From contig CAVTBV010000014.1 in the NCBI GenBank assembly GCA_963733095.1, forward strand, positions 1-64,000: a DNA stretch of 64,000 nucleotides, in the 5' to 3' direction. The stretch comes from Candidatus Bathyarchaeota archaeon (GTDB taxonomy: Archaea > Thermoproteota > Bathyarchaeia > Bathyarchaeales > Bathycorpusculaceae). The position numbers and the translations under genes are program-made. The notes under the pieces are model-generated. The model saw nothing but the letters and a program-made list of their open reading frames with translations, had not been told where the DNA came from and made no database searches. This document shows positions 20,232 through 31,071 of the stretch, one piece after another (positions within the stretch are counted from its first letter, which is position 1; each line of letters starts with the position of its first letter).

Positions 20232-23203
20232 ATGGATAAGACTTCAAAACAAAAAGTGGCACTTGGATTACTATTAACTCTTTTATCAATTTCATTCATA
20301 TGCGCGTCGATAACACCGAGTGTACAAGCTGCTACACCTAATTATAAAGAAAAAGGCCTGAACTTTATGAGTGATGTAATGGGTCTTGACATAGCAAAAT
20401 ACACTGTAGTAGCGGAAGAAAGTACTGTTGACATGAGACCGTTTGGTGGTGTGCTCCAAGAATGTGTACTCTACAACCTTGCTTCCGACAAAAACATATT
20501 GCGTGTGTTTTTGAGTTTTACTAACGGAAATTTAAATGGACTTTATGCACTAGAAAATAGTGGTGACCCCATTGTTACTAAAATCGTTCAAGACACATCT
20601 GTTGCTAGTGCTCAAGCTTTTCTTGTTAATTACCAAATGTATACTGGCGACTTGGCTTACCAAGACTTCAGTAATACTTTAAACAACGTTGTTGCAGACA
20701 AGAATCTTACAAAAATAATTGGAGATAAAGTACTCCAAGTTACTACAACCAACGATAGTACTTCCTTTAAATGGTCGTATACATCTAATGGCGTTGTTGC
20801 TTCATATACAAAAACAGTATCTATGAGCTTTGAAAAGGGCTTCTTATCATCATTCTTTGATAACTGGGATATCTATCCTATAGGTAGCAATGTCATAAAC
20901 TTAAGTGAAGAAGAGGCAGTTGCAATTGCAGTAGATGTTGCTAAGCAACATTCCTGGTCAATGCAGTTGGATGAAGATACAATAAGTCCAACCAATTTCA
21001 ATGCTAACACAAGTTTGTCGTGGGTTAGTTTATCTTATGATGGATCATACAGTGCAAATGTAAGCCGTAGTGAAAATGTTTTTGAACTCTACCCAGTTTG
21101 GCGAGTTGGTCTTGTATTAAACAGAGTATACGGCGAACTATATGGCTTGCAAGTCGATATTTGGGCAGACACTAAAGAAATCAGAAGTGTTAATGAGCAA
21201 TATTCTCAATTGGCTGAAGAGTATTATAGTAAAACGAATGATTTTGTACAACCTGAAGTCAGTCAATCTTCAATCAGAAATTCAACCATGTGGATTTTAC
21301 CTCCAGTCGCCCTAAGTATGCTATTGGCAGTGTTCACCTTGATTTTTGGGAAAAATGCAGTGGCGTTGTCTACTCGAAAAAATCGATTTTTGAAATTAAT
21401 GGGCGTACTATTTTGTATTTTGTTGATGCTTGTGGTTTTCCTACCTTTAGTTCAAACTGCTAGTGCATCAAATGTCGGCATTATTTGGGGTTCCAGAAGT
21501 TCGGATGCAGTGAATCCACCTTATCAAAGCTGGCGTAAATTGAACTCAGAAATTTCCTCAGCGTCGAATATGACTAGCTATATAGCAACCAATTGCTTAA
21601 AAGCGGCAAATGGCTATACCGGCTATTCTAACTATGCAGTGGATAAAGACGTCATCCTCTATCAAGCGAATTACATGAACGACAATTATGATTATGTAGC
21701 AATTATTGATTGGAACCACGGTGTAACTGGTAAACCTGGCTTAGTCGATGGTTATGATGTGCCTGCCAATGAAGAACATTTTATGTTCGAAGATGATTCT
21801 GGAACGATCTGGGGTACATATTCTCAATATATTAGCAATAAGGCTTATTACACGGACTATAGCCATGGAGTCTACGACATGGATATGTATGAAATATTCC
21901 CCCCAAGCAAAGTTCACTTTGCTTTTATCAATACATGCATGTCCGCTAACGTAACTTTGCAAGGATACACGGCGGAAGGTAACCCGATTGGAATGCCATT
22001 GGGTCTTACTCATCGTATGGTAGATTATCCTAGAACGGGAACAGAAATGAGTCAGTTTGGTTATACCTATCCCGATAGTTTTCCACAATGTTACATTGGC
22101 TTCAAGTTTGGCTCAGCGGCATTAAACCAGTCTATTGCGTATGACGGTAGTTGTACTTATGGTCCCAGCTGGTCGACTTGGGTTGGCTCATTTTTTAACT
22201 ATGCGTTTAACTTTGATAATTCAATAAATGATGCACTCGACCTAGCATCGGCTTATACATGGAATGGAGATTGTGATGACTTCTCAGATAGCCCTCTAAG
22301 ACAAGAGTTTTCTGCACTATGGCCTTTTGACCGAAATGGCGATGGTATCCCTGATGATGACGACCCATATGATAGTTGCACTTTAGAAGTGTACGGTAAT
22401 GGCAATATACACCTAAAAAACTTCCAACCATCAGATTATGTAATGCAGCCCGACATTAGCGGTCCGACAAGCGGCACTGAAGGGATAACATACCAGTTCA
22501 GTGGACGCTCAATTGACAGCCATGGCGATAATATTCAATACAGATTTGATTGGGATGATGGTAGTGGCTATGGTTATTCGGGAGAGATGTCTAATGGCGA
22601 GTGGGGCTCAGCAACGCATTCGTGGAATAGAGGAATATACGATGTGCGTGTTTCAGCTCAATGTTCAGATGACACTTGGAGTAGCTGGTCTGATTACTGT
22701 ACTATAACTGTAGGTGAGCCTACGGTGAGTTTCTATGACACACATCTCTACTACGGTGGTCAAATGAATATGTGGGTTTATGTAGATGGCGATGGCGGTC
22801 ATCAAATGCCCTATGAGAGCGACATTTCTACAACAACCACACACGACTTGGAATTCTACGAAGTCTATGGTTACGTATGGGTTGATCATGTTGATCATTA
22901 CCACGGCTCGACAACCACATACTACAGCAACTATCAGATGACATATCCGTATCTGATGGCGACTACTTTACAGTCTATTATGATACCTGGAGCGCATTTA
23001 TGATGAGAATGGACGATTTGGGCTATGACGAGAAATATATTGAAAGTCTTGTCTTAGATGAAGGAATAAGTCCACAGGTGCTAAACAGCTACATCAAAGC
23101 AGGATACAACCTAAATGCAGTCAGCGTCCTTCTTGATATGGGCTTCCAAGCAGAAGCCTTCCAGCCAATAGAATTCATTCAATCAGTAACTTGTAATAAA
23201 TAA
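20232..23203 (+). CDS. large bipartite secreted/membrane protein (N-domain, 2 TM, putative His-Cys peptidase-like domain, PKD) with a frameshift near 22931
   Basis: IDWNHG and FAFINTCMSA motifs; PKD-like IQYRFDWDDG...HSW; an alternative frame from ~22933 (SDDISVSDGDYFTVYYDTWSAFMMRM) continues into ORF 23000..23203. Confidence 0.75.
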
Positions 23204-23569
23204 ACACACATCTTTTCTCTTTTTTTGGATCCTAAATTCGACAGCGCCAACTAAGTCTTTATCATTCAATCATCAACAGCGTCTGTTGCAGTTCTTTCTG
23301 TTTTTCGTTTTCTTAGCTTTGAAAAGGGGACTAATACAAAATAAAGAAACAAAAACCCAATGAATAGAAATTGTAATCGGAGACAAAGGTGCTGATTCGA
23401 GTTTTTCCTTGCTTTTGCCATTTTGGACGTATTTTTTCTCTAAAATTATCAAACATTACTTGCCGCTCTCTTAATTCGGTTTAAAATCAAAAATAGTGCT
23501 GAATAGACAAAGAAAAAAGGGAAGACTGCGAAAAGAAACCTACCTGTTCTGGCGATATCGCCATGGTAC

Positions 23570-23597
23570 TGGGAGTTCAAGTCCCATCCCCAGCTCT
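23570..23597 (+). repeat. degenerate att copy 2 (tRNA-Leu 3' end)
   Basis: GGGAGTTCAAGTCCCATCCCCAGC, preceded by the palindrome TGGCGATATCGCCA at 23550-23563. Confidence 0.75.
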
Positions 23598-23622
23598 TTG
23601 TCTTAAACCCATATACTTGATT

Positions 23623-23806
23623 TTACTTGCGTTTTCTGAAAAGCTTCAGGTTATCCATTTCTGTAACGTATTCATAGCCTGCTTCGATTAGCTCTTTGGC
23701 TTCTTTAACGTTCTCCTTCTCCGCTGTTTTACAAATGAAATCATCGTTGTCAAAGGTTACTAGTTGAGTATAGATTAGTGTGTTTTTGATATTTTTGTGC
23801 CCTAGT
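23623..23806 (-). pseudogene. integrase C-terminal relic 2
   Basis: LGHKNIKNTLIYTQLVTFDNDDFICKTA...LIEAGYEYVTEMDNLKLFRKRK*. Confidence 0.88.
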
Positions 23807-24020
23807 GAGCCTTAGGCACCTTGACTCTGGGAAAGTTTGGAACGGTAACTTTGGAACAAAAAAAGGAAAATTAGAAGGTGCCGACTGCACTTAATACTCC
23901 TTTGGCGGTGAAGCTGTTGCTGACTGCGCTTTTATAGTCTCACTTCAAATCCAACTGAGTGATCACAACGTTGTTAAAAATGTACTCGGGATTTGCCGGG
24001 CGAGGATTCCTTTTTGATGC

Positions 24021-24161
24021 CCTGCCAAGGTACGTTAGGATTACCTGCAAAAGAACGCCAAGCAGCCGACAATTGGAATCACCATTGATGACGCCCTATA
24101 TGCTATCAAGCGGGAAAACAATAGCCTGAAAGGCATTCTACCAAAGAACCCCACGCATTAA
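24021..24161 (+). pseudogene. hsdM: type I restriction-modification HsdM N-terminal fragment
   Basis: PAKVR*DYLQKNAKQPTIGITIDDALYAIKRENNSLKGILPKN matches the HsdM pattern RW..L...AKQP.IG..ID.A..AIE.EN..LKG.LPK. Confidence 0.7.
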
Positions 24162-24490
24162 AGCCTTGGCAATGGGTGAAGTTTGTCTTTGCAAAACCAG
24201 ATGTATTCTGCTAATTTCCTGAGGCAACTGGCAGATTTCTCTCAGTGCGTGTGCTGGAGGCTAAGTATGCTATAATTTCTCCGCCAAGCAGGCAGGTTTG
24301 CAGCGAAAGCGCGTTAGAAAAGATGTAGCTCCATGTAGCTCTACATGGATTTTCTAAAATGGCTAAATAGCTTAAGCGTGACGAATGAAGAAGACCTCTC
24401 GGTTCAACTTAACTAAAGGTAACGTCACGTGAAGAGGAGACTACTCATTTGCGTGGAGTTAATGCAGCTTCAATATGTCAATTCCATCCA

Positions 24491-25258
24491 TCAGGGGCCA
24501 GGAAAGTTTTTGGAAATGGCTGTTTGTCCAGCAGATGCATAAACGGTAAAGGTTGTAATGTAATCTGAAGCTGGGTTCACGACAGCGTTGAGTGACGGAC
24601 CCATGAAGTAACTTATGGTTACGTTATACGTATGTTCATTCTTCAAAGTAACGGAGTAATTTCCAAAGGGATTGTAGCTCTGTTTGGAAAAGGAAAAACT
24701 AAAAGAAGTCACCAAACCTGTTTGAATGTCGGTAAATTCTATTTTTTGTATAGATGTGAACCACGGTTCAGCTAGAGCAGCACTACTTGCTCTCCCTGAC
24801 ACAGTTACATTACCAGTTAAAACCGACACAATAATTGAAGCATTTACTGACTGCTTATCGGTTGATGCAACAATAGTGATAGAGTAGTTACCTGTTGGAG
24901 CAGAATAAGGTATGCTCATAGTTAGAACGCTTGTAAAGTTAGAGTTACCAATTGAAGGCTCAAAGATGCAATTTATTCCGCTTGAACCGCTATTACTGCT
25001 TAACGTTATATTTTCAGCTTTACCAATTGAAGTTACATTAATCTGGGCTCGAAGCTTATTTCCTTGTATCACGCTTGGTTGGTTTAATGAAACATTAAGA
25101 TTAATTGCAGTTGGTTTGTTAGTTATTGGTTTGTTAGCTATTGATGGCTGATAAACCAAGATTAAGAAAGCAAATGAAGCAACCACAAGCACAACTATGA
25201 TTACAGCGACAATCAGGGAATTCCTACGGTTGGTTGAAATTTGAGCCATCGTTAACAT
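24491..25258 (-). CDS. membrane-anchored Ig-like exported protein
   Basis: N-terminal TM; S/T/N-rich beta strands (APTGNYSITIVAS); many N-x-S/T sequons. Confidence 0.75.
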   Translation of the reverse strand: MLTMAQISTNRRNSLIVAVIIVVLVVASFAFLILVYQPSIANKPITNKPTAINLNVSLNQPSVIQGNKLRAQINVTSIGKAENITLSSNSGSSGINCIFEPSIGNSNFTSVLTMSIPYSAPTGNYSITIVASTDKQSVNASIIVSVLTGNVTVSGRASSAALAEPWFTSIQKIEFTDIQTGLVTSFSFSFSKQSYNPFGNYSVTLKNEHTYNVTISYFMGPSLNAVVNPASDYITTFTVYASAGQTAISKNFPGP

Positions 25259-25333
25259 ATACCTTCTTGGTCATTTTAACTTGCAATGCAAAATTAATAA
25301 ATAAAAAATGAAATTTTTGCTTTGATTCAGTCC

Positions 25334-26191
25334 CTATGGTTGAGCAGTAGGATGAAATAAGTCTTCTTGCGGCAGTTGAGCTGAAGGCACAAGGTCGTTG
25401 TGGAGAAAACCGCTTTCATAATTGCCAAGCTGTACCATGTCTGCTGAAGTATTGTTTGGCGGTTCTTCAAAGACGGTAACTAATCCGTTTGTTATCGTTA
25501 TGCAACCAATTCTGTAGATAGTAACCGAGATAGCATTTGGTTTTCCTGCGCTGAATAGTCCTAATGCACTGCTGGTCGCTTGGGTATAAGTCGTAATGGA
25601 GCCAAGAGTGTTTGTTAAAAATGATATGCTGCTATCCCAATTAAATTTAAAGTTGCCTGCAAGGCTGCTATAAAGACTAGCATTATACAAGTCAGGTATA
25701 TATTGAATTAAGGTCGATAGGGACGCATTCGAAAACGATGCAGTGTAGTTGGTTCCTACAAAATAAGCATCGTACTCTGCGGGCCCTGTATCTGTAGCAA
25801 TTTTGATTCCATAGACTTCAGCAATTGCATCGCAATTGGGAAATTGCGCTCCCGGAATTGACGTAATATTCAACCTTACTACTGCTGGATATTGGCTGAC
25901 TAGTCGCATTGTAGTGTTCCTTGCTTGGTCGAAATACGTGCTTACGTTAGAGGGCGCTGGTCCAACATATGCATATGCTACTTGTATTTGAAACTGTGTC
26001 TTTGAAGATGCCACTTCATGAGGAGCAGTAAGCATGTTTGTTTGAGCAGGAGGTTGGAAAGAAGTTGTTGTGGCTAAAGCGAGTGAGATTGGAATAGCAA
26101 GCATGAGTGCAATAATCAAGCCTAGAGCAATCTTTCCCTTATTATTGGCAAATAGAGATTCGCTGAGTTTCTTTCTTTTTGACATTACCAA
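25334..26191 (-). CDS. exported hypothetical protein
   Basis: Signal/TM segment, then IQVAYAYVG...DAIAEVYGIKIATD; overlaps the upstream gene. Confidence 0.75.
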   Translation of the reverse strand: MVMSKRKKLSESLFANNKGKIALGLIIALMLAIPISLALATTTSFQPPAQTNMLTAPHEVASSKTQFQIQVAYAYVGPAPSNVSTYFDQARNTTMRLVSQYPAVVRLNITSIPGAQFPNCDAIAEVYGIKIATDTGPAEYDAYFVGTNYTASFSNASLSTLIQYIPDLYNASLYSSLAGNFKFNWDSSISFLTNTLGSITTYTQATSSALGLFSAGKPNAISVTIYRIGCITITNGLVTVFEEPPNNTSADMVQLGNYESGFLHNDLVPSAQLPQEDLFHPTAQP

Positions 26192-26892
26192 TCACCGCCA
26201 TCGCTGTATGGATGTGCCGTTAGGAAGGCATAAGGCGAAATTCCTGAGGGAATGCTGTGTCCTGGAGGAACCTGAGTCTGAGCGTAGTAATAGTCAACTG
26301 TATTAGGGTTACTATTGTAATAGAATGCGCCAACGGTCATGCCTTCGGCTGAAACGTGGTCACCAAAACTCCAATAGGACTGGTAGCTTACGACGCTGGC
26401 ATAATATCCGCCGAGACTGCACCAGTTCCCATTAAAATAGTAACCGTTTGTCCACGTTCCGCTATCATAGTCATAGTAATCAGAGTGGTATGCGGTGGAT
26501 AGGCCGTAGTCAAGGTCATAAACGCGATCCATCGGCGGCATCGAATGTACTGGCGAGTTATCAGTAGTGCTTTGACTGTTTCCCGCTTGGGTACTAAACC
26601 ACCAGCTTCCATAGTCATAATAGTATTGGTTGCTTGTGTCGTAGTAGGTATACAAGCCGAGTCCGACCATCATATCGTCGCTATAGCTGAGGTGTGAATG
26701 CTCGCACTCGCCATACATTGGATAATCTGGACCAAATTGACAGCCATTGTTTACAAAAGTTTCATAACTGTAGCTATTACCTGAGGGTCCCTCTGCTACA
26801 ACGCTCCGTATTGTCATTGGCAGGGCTATCATTAATGAAATAAATACAAGCGCAAATATTGTTATACGTATTTTAGGCAATCCTTTCACCAC
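26185..26892 (-). CDS. secreted Tyr/Ser/Asp/Gly-rich protein
   Basis: Signal peptide ending VVA; mature part almost lacks Lys/Arg and is very Tyr-rich. Confidence 0.72.
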   Translation of the reverse strand: MVKGLPKIRITIFALVFISLMIALPMTIRSVVAEGPSGNSYSYETFVNNGCQFGPDYPMYGECEHSHLSYSDDMMVGLGLYTYYDTSNQYYYDYGSWWFSTQAGNSQSTTDNSPVHSMPPMDRVYDLDYGLSTAYHSDYYDYDSGTWTNGYYFNGNWCSLGGYYASVVSYQSYWSFGDHVSAEGMTVGAFYYNSNPNTVDYYYAQTQVPPGHSIPSGISPYAFLTAHPYSDGGDW

Positions 26893-28042
26893 TTTTGCAC
26901 TACGAGTGCTTAGTATATAAAGCGGCTGAGTTTCCGCTCGGCGGTTAAAAATTTATGGAACCCGCAAAAAATTCTTTATACGTTATTTATGATGCAATTA
27001 ATTCGCTTTTGTTTTTTAAAAATAGGAAAGTATATGCAAAATTCTTTTCTATAGAAAGATAAATACACCATATCTTGAATTTCTTAATATAATCAACCGA
27101 TTTGTTGCTAAATCGCATAGTTACTAGCACAAGTATGAAAACAGCATTAAGTAAATTCCCAAATTTACTTTTATAAGCACCGCGTTTTAAAAATCCGTTT
27201 ATTTTTCATATACTCCCCTTTCCGTTAAAGCTTAGCCAACTATTCATTGAAAGCTTCATTCTTAGCCACTTCGTTTTCAATTTCAGCTGCTCTTTTAGAG
27301 GCATCTTGCTTTTCCTTAACTGTTTTCTAAGAGGCCCTTGACGGTTTTCCAGTTTGCTGTAACACTCGAAACAACACTGTTGCTTCCGAGCTCAAAGCCC
27401 TCTCTAATGCTCGCTCATTAGTCTGAGTTCAATCAGTTTTCGATGGATCTGGGGTGAAGTACCTCGAGCCATTTCGTTCTCTCTTGGAAAGATTGAATCG
27501 ATTGATACAGCAAAACCCGTCAGCCCATAGTTTGTCAGAGTGTTTACTTCTTGATGGGTTAGGTTAAGCGAGCTTTCGTCTACACATTAACTGGTGAATC
27601 GTCACCACATTCAATGTCACAAATGGATCCTTGCAGATCATTTACAATTTCTCTAGTTTTAGCACGTAATTGTCGAATGAACGGCATGCCTGGTGTAACG
27701 GCTCTATCAAGAACAAAGAGGCACTTGAGGTATTCATTGTCTTGCTAATATTTTTCTGCCTTTAACAATTGATACTTAAGGTTGTGATTGTAATTTGCCA
27801 TCATCAATTGTTATCATGTTACCTATGCTATCAAGTTATCGATTAAAACTTCTTAGCAACTTCATTACCGCTCTCTGAATTGCAGGGTTAACGGTGAAAA
27901 AGGAAAAATGAAGGATAAATTCTCCTTTAGCAGGCGAATTCCACCAAACCCTTTCTATATAAAATTGAAGCTAGAAAAGATTTCGCAAAAAAGGGAGAGA
28001 AGCTGCTTAGGCGAGCAGTATTGGCGATATCGACAACGGATA

Positions 28043-28069
28043 TGGGTTCAACTCCCACCCCCGGCACCA
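28043..28069 (+). repeat. att copy 3 (near-perfect tRNA-Leu 3' end)
   Basis: 26/27 match to 10459-10485; preceded by TGGCGATATCGACA. Confidence 0.9.
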
Positions 28070-28112
28070 CAGTGGTAAAACATACTGGCGGTTTACGCGG
28101 CTGATGATTGTG

Positions 28113-28745
28113 CTATTCTCTTTTCAGGAAAAGCTTGTTTCCGTTGAAGCCGCATACGAAGTCAAATCCTGTGTCAATTAACGAGCATGCTTCACCTTCA
28201 GTTTTTGCTACTTTGGGGATGTATTCTATTTCGTCTTAAGATAGTTCCTCCGCGAGTTGCACATAGACGCGGGTGTTTTCGATGCGTTTGTAACCTAACA
28301 CTTGTTTGAGGTAGAGAATGTCTTTGTTCGTGATATTCCATTTTGCTTTTCCAGTGTCTAAGAGTATAAATGTTATCCTTATTATTCGAGGCCTCTTGAG
28401 TTTGAAGACTAATCTTTTCCTTGTCGAGCGAATATGTCCATGTGAGAGTCGGAGCCTTGGTTGGGAATTGAGAAGATTCTTTCTATGCAGTCTTTAGGTA
28501 GTGCTTCGAGTATGCTTTTGAGTTTTGGGTTAATTTACCAAATTTATCACTTGCCCATTGGCGAATGGATTCGCGCATATTTGGCATCTAGAACTTTTGC
28601 CCGAAGTCACATTAAATGATTTGGCCGCACCATTTTCAGAGAAACGGTTTCCACATTCGCTGCAGAGGTAAACTCTTTCTTGCTAATGTGAATAGTTGCT
28701 GTTGCTGATCAAAAAGTTCAGCGGTTAACTCGCACACTAGGCATC
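28113..28745 (-). pseudogene. integrase relic 3 (Zn ribbon + catalytic end, internally deleted)
   Basis: YLCSECGNRFSE near 28640-28670; KDILYLKQVLGYKRIENTRVYVQL...ACSLIDTGFDFVCGFNGNKLF. Confidence 0.85.
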
Positions 28746-28795
28746 ACCAATAATGTAATAAGCTATTGTCAGACTTTGTTTTATGGGGTTAACGT

Positions 28796-30280
28796 TTGAA
28801 ACTTCAAAAAGCACTTATGTCAATTCTTATGGTATGCTTTACTTCTTTTACTTTGGTTATGATGGCTGTTGCTGCCCAAAGTGGGGGATTGAATTTGGAG
28901 GCTGAGCAGAATTGGGATACTTATGGGGTTGGTGGAACCTGTGTATATGGAACTCAAAACATTTTTGTCGGTGACTTGGATGGTGATGACACGGGCGAGA
29001 TGATGACTGGAGGGTTTGCCTACCATATTAACCAAAATGGAACAAGAACGGTAAGTGAAGCGCCCCTAAAAGTTTGGGCTTGGAATGGACAAAATGTCAC
29101 CCTTAAAGCAAGCACAAGTTGGAGCGGCACAATCTATTGTCTTTATGCCGCGGACGTAGACCAAGACGGGACGATAGAAATATTATGCGGTGGCTCGTTT
29201 AGAAATGAAACCGGAAATTCAACAAGTTCTATGAGAGTCCTAAAGCTAAGTAATGGACATTTGGACCTAAAAGCTCACTATGAAGGTATCCCTGTTAACT
29301 CAATATTTGTAAGCGACGTCGACAAGGATGGGACAAATGATTTACTAACAGTTGGTCGGAGCGTTAGTAACACTTCGCAACTTTCAATTTGGCATATCGA
29401 AGGAAACAAGCTCACGCTAGTTAAAAGTTTGCCGCTGGAAGAAGCTAATATTACAAGCTCTAACTCAGTTCACGCAAGCGATTTGGATAATGACGGTAAA
29501 ATAGAGATAATGGTTGGAGGTTATTCAGATTCTCTTTCAGAAAGCAAAGGACTAGTAAGCATTTGGGGATGGAACGGACAAGAGCTTAAACTGAAGACAG
29601 TGAAAACTTGGCAGTTAGCTGAAGGCTCAGCTAAAACTATTGCTGGAGGAGTCCAGGGTAATACTGTTGTTTACAATGTAAAAGCTGCTGATTTAGATAA
29701 GGATGGAAAAAAGGAGATGGTTACAGCAGGGTCTACTTATGATGGCGTAAATGTAAATGGTGAGATTAAGGTTTGGCGTTGGAATGGAAGCGGTTTGATA
29801 GAGCTGGCAAGCCAGGAATGGGCTACCGATTACATGACTGAGGCAAAGAGCATTACATTAAACGACGTTAATGGAGACGGAAAAGTCGAGATTATAGAAA
29901 GTGGCATAGCAGCCGCAGAAGGCAGTTTTAACAACCCAGAAGGTATCCACGATAGGGGAGAACTGAGAGTATTGAGCTATAATGGAACCAGCCTCGTTTT
30001 GGAAGAAAACAAGAATTGGACGTTTGACGAAGGAGCTTGCGCATGGAACGTCGGTGTCGGAGACGTTGACGATGACGGTGTGGTGGAAATAATTACGGTT
30101 GGATGCAGTGCTTTAAAGGGTCAATGTGACCCTGATATGCGTATCTGGTCACTACCAGTAAAACAACAAGCGTACCCAAACTATTTACCATACGCCATAG
30201 CTGGTCTGCTTATTTTTACAGGCGCTTCTTCTATTGTTTACGTATACCTCATGAGAAAGAGATCCAGAAGCATAAAATAA
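28796..30280 (+). CDS. FG-GAP/VCBS-repeat beta-propeller surface protein with C-terminal TM
   Basis: Signal peptide; seven DxDxDG..E/D repeats; TM followed by RKRSR. Confidence 0.88.
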   Translation: MKLQKALMSILMVCFTSFTLVMMAVAAQSGGLNLEAEQNWDTYGVGGTCVYGTQNIFVGDLDGDDTGEMMTGGFAYHINQNGTRTVSEAPLKVWAWNGQNVTLKASTSWSGTIYCLYAADVDQDGTIEILCGGSFRNETGNSTSSMRVLKLSNGHLDLKAHYEGIPVNSIFVSDVDKDGTNDLLTVGRSVSNTSQLSIWHIEGNKLTLVKSLPLEEANITSSNSVHASDLDNDGKIEIMVGGYSDSLSESKGLVSIWGWNGQELKLKTVKTWQLAEGSAKTIAGGVQGNTVVYNVKAADLDKDGKKEMVTAGSTYDGVNVNGEIKVWRWNGSGLIELASQEWATDYMTEAKSITLNDVNGDGKVEIIESGIAAAEGSFNNPEGIHDRGELRVLSYNGTSLVLEENKNWTFDEGACAWNVGVGDVDDDGVVEIITVGCSALKGQCDPDMRIWSLPVKQQAYPNYLPYAIAGLLIFTGASSIVYVYLMRKRSRSIK

Positions 30281-30463
30281 CAAATGCGCCAGTATAAACG
30301 CTTTTACTGCGTGTTATTTTTTTTCGATGTGCTCCATTTCTTGAACTCGTCAAGCATGCCTTGACTCACAGGGGGATCTTTAATTTCTCCCCAACACCAA
30401 ATAAAAAAGACAATAAAGTAAATTAGTTCTCAAGACATAACAAAAACTTTCGCCACTGGGTAG

Positions 30464-30490
30464 CGGGTTTAAGTCCCACCTCCAGCACTA
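30464..30490 (+). repeat. degenerate att copy 4
   Basis: CGGGTTTAAGTCCCACCTCCAGCACTA, followed by ACGGGGTTTTGTCC-TGGCGA as after att 1. Confidence 0.78.
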
Positions 30491-30557
30491 CTTATAAATA
30501 AAATAACGGGGTTTTGTCCTGGCGATGTCTGAAGTTAAATTCGAGCTTTTCATTTTA

Positions 30558-30806
30558 TTATCTCTTCCTGAATAGCTTGTGGAAATCGAAATCACATAAA
30601 TTCAAATCCTGCTTCTATAGCACGCAGGCTTCAGCTTCTGATTTGGCTACCTTTGAAACGAAGTCTACATAGTCCTGGAATAACCCTTCCTCGAGTTTGA
30701 ATGTAAATCAGCGTATTCTTGATGTTTTTGCGACCTATCGCCTGTATGACATATAAGGCCTCTTTGGTTCTATGGTAATCCATGGTTCGTTTTCAAGTTC
30801 GCAATG
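30558..30806 (-). pseudogene. integrase relic 4
   Basis: TMDYHRTKEALYVIQAIGRKNIKNTLIYI...FVSKVAKSEAEAC...HKLFRKR, with frameshifts. Confidence 0.85.
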
Positions 30807-31071
30807 TAGCTATGATAATTATTATTGTTTGGAACACGCCAAGCCATCTAGCAACTTTCTCTAAACTTCTTCCTGCAACGGGTATGTTCGTAAGAATACC
30901 CATTTATGAGGACTAATCGAGCGATTATGTCTACGATTTCAACTATCATTGATGAGCCCTCTGATTCTTTATTTTTCTGTTTTAATATAACAGGTCAAGC
31001 CTTGCCGTGCTTGCATATTGAACAAAAACCTTTTGTATTACATACTCTGTAATAACGAGTTTGGGGAGAAT

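Larger units (their letters stand above)
10459..28069. mobile_element. integrated element(s) at tRNA-Leu bounded by 27-bp direct repeats
   Basis: TGGGTTCAAGTCCCACCCCCGGCACCA (10459-10485) recurs at 28043-28069 with 1 mismatch; contains integrase, replicon and regulators; internal degenerate att at 23570. Confidence 0.85.

Noticed and set aside
27240-27900. Possible decayed gene in the gap before att 3
   Set aside because: Only short broken frames; no family could be recognised.
18362-30280. Diversity-generating retroelement acting on the surface proteins
   Set aside because: No reverse transcriptase and no template/variable repeat pair visible.
23570-30490. att copies as split-tRNA halves or extra tRNA genes
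   Set aside because: They cover only the T-arm and acceptor end, are mutated, lack leader/BHB complements and abut integrase relics.
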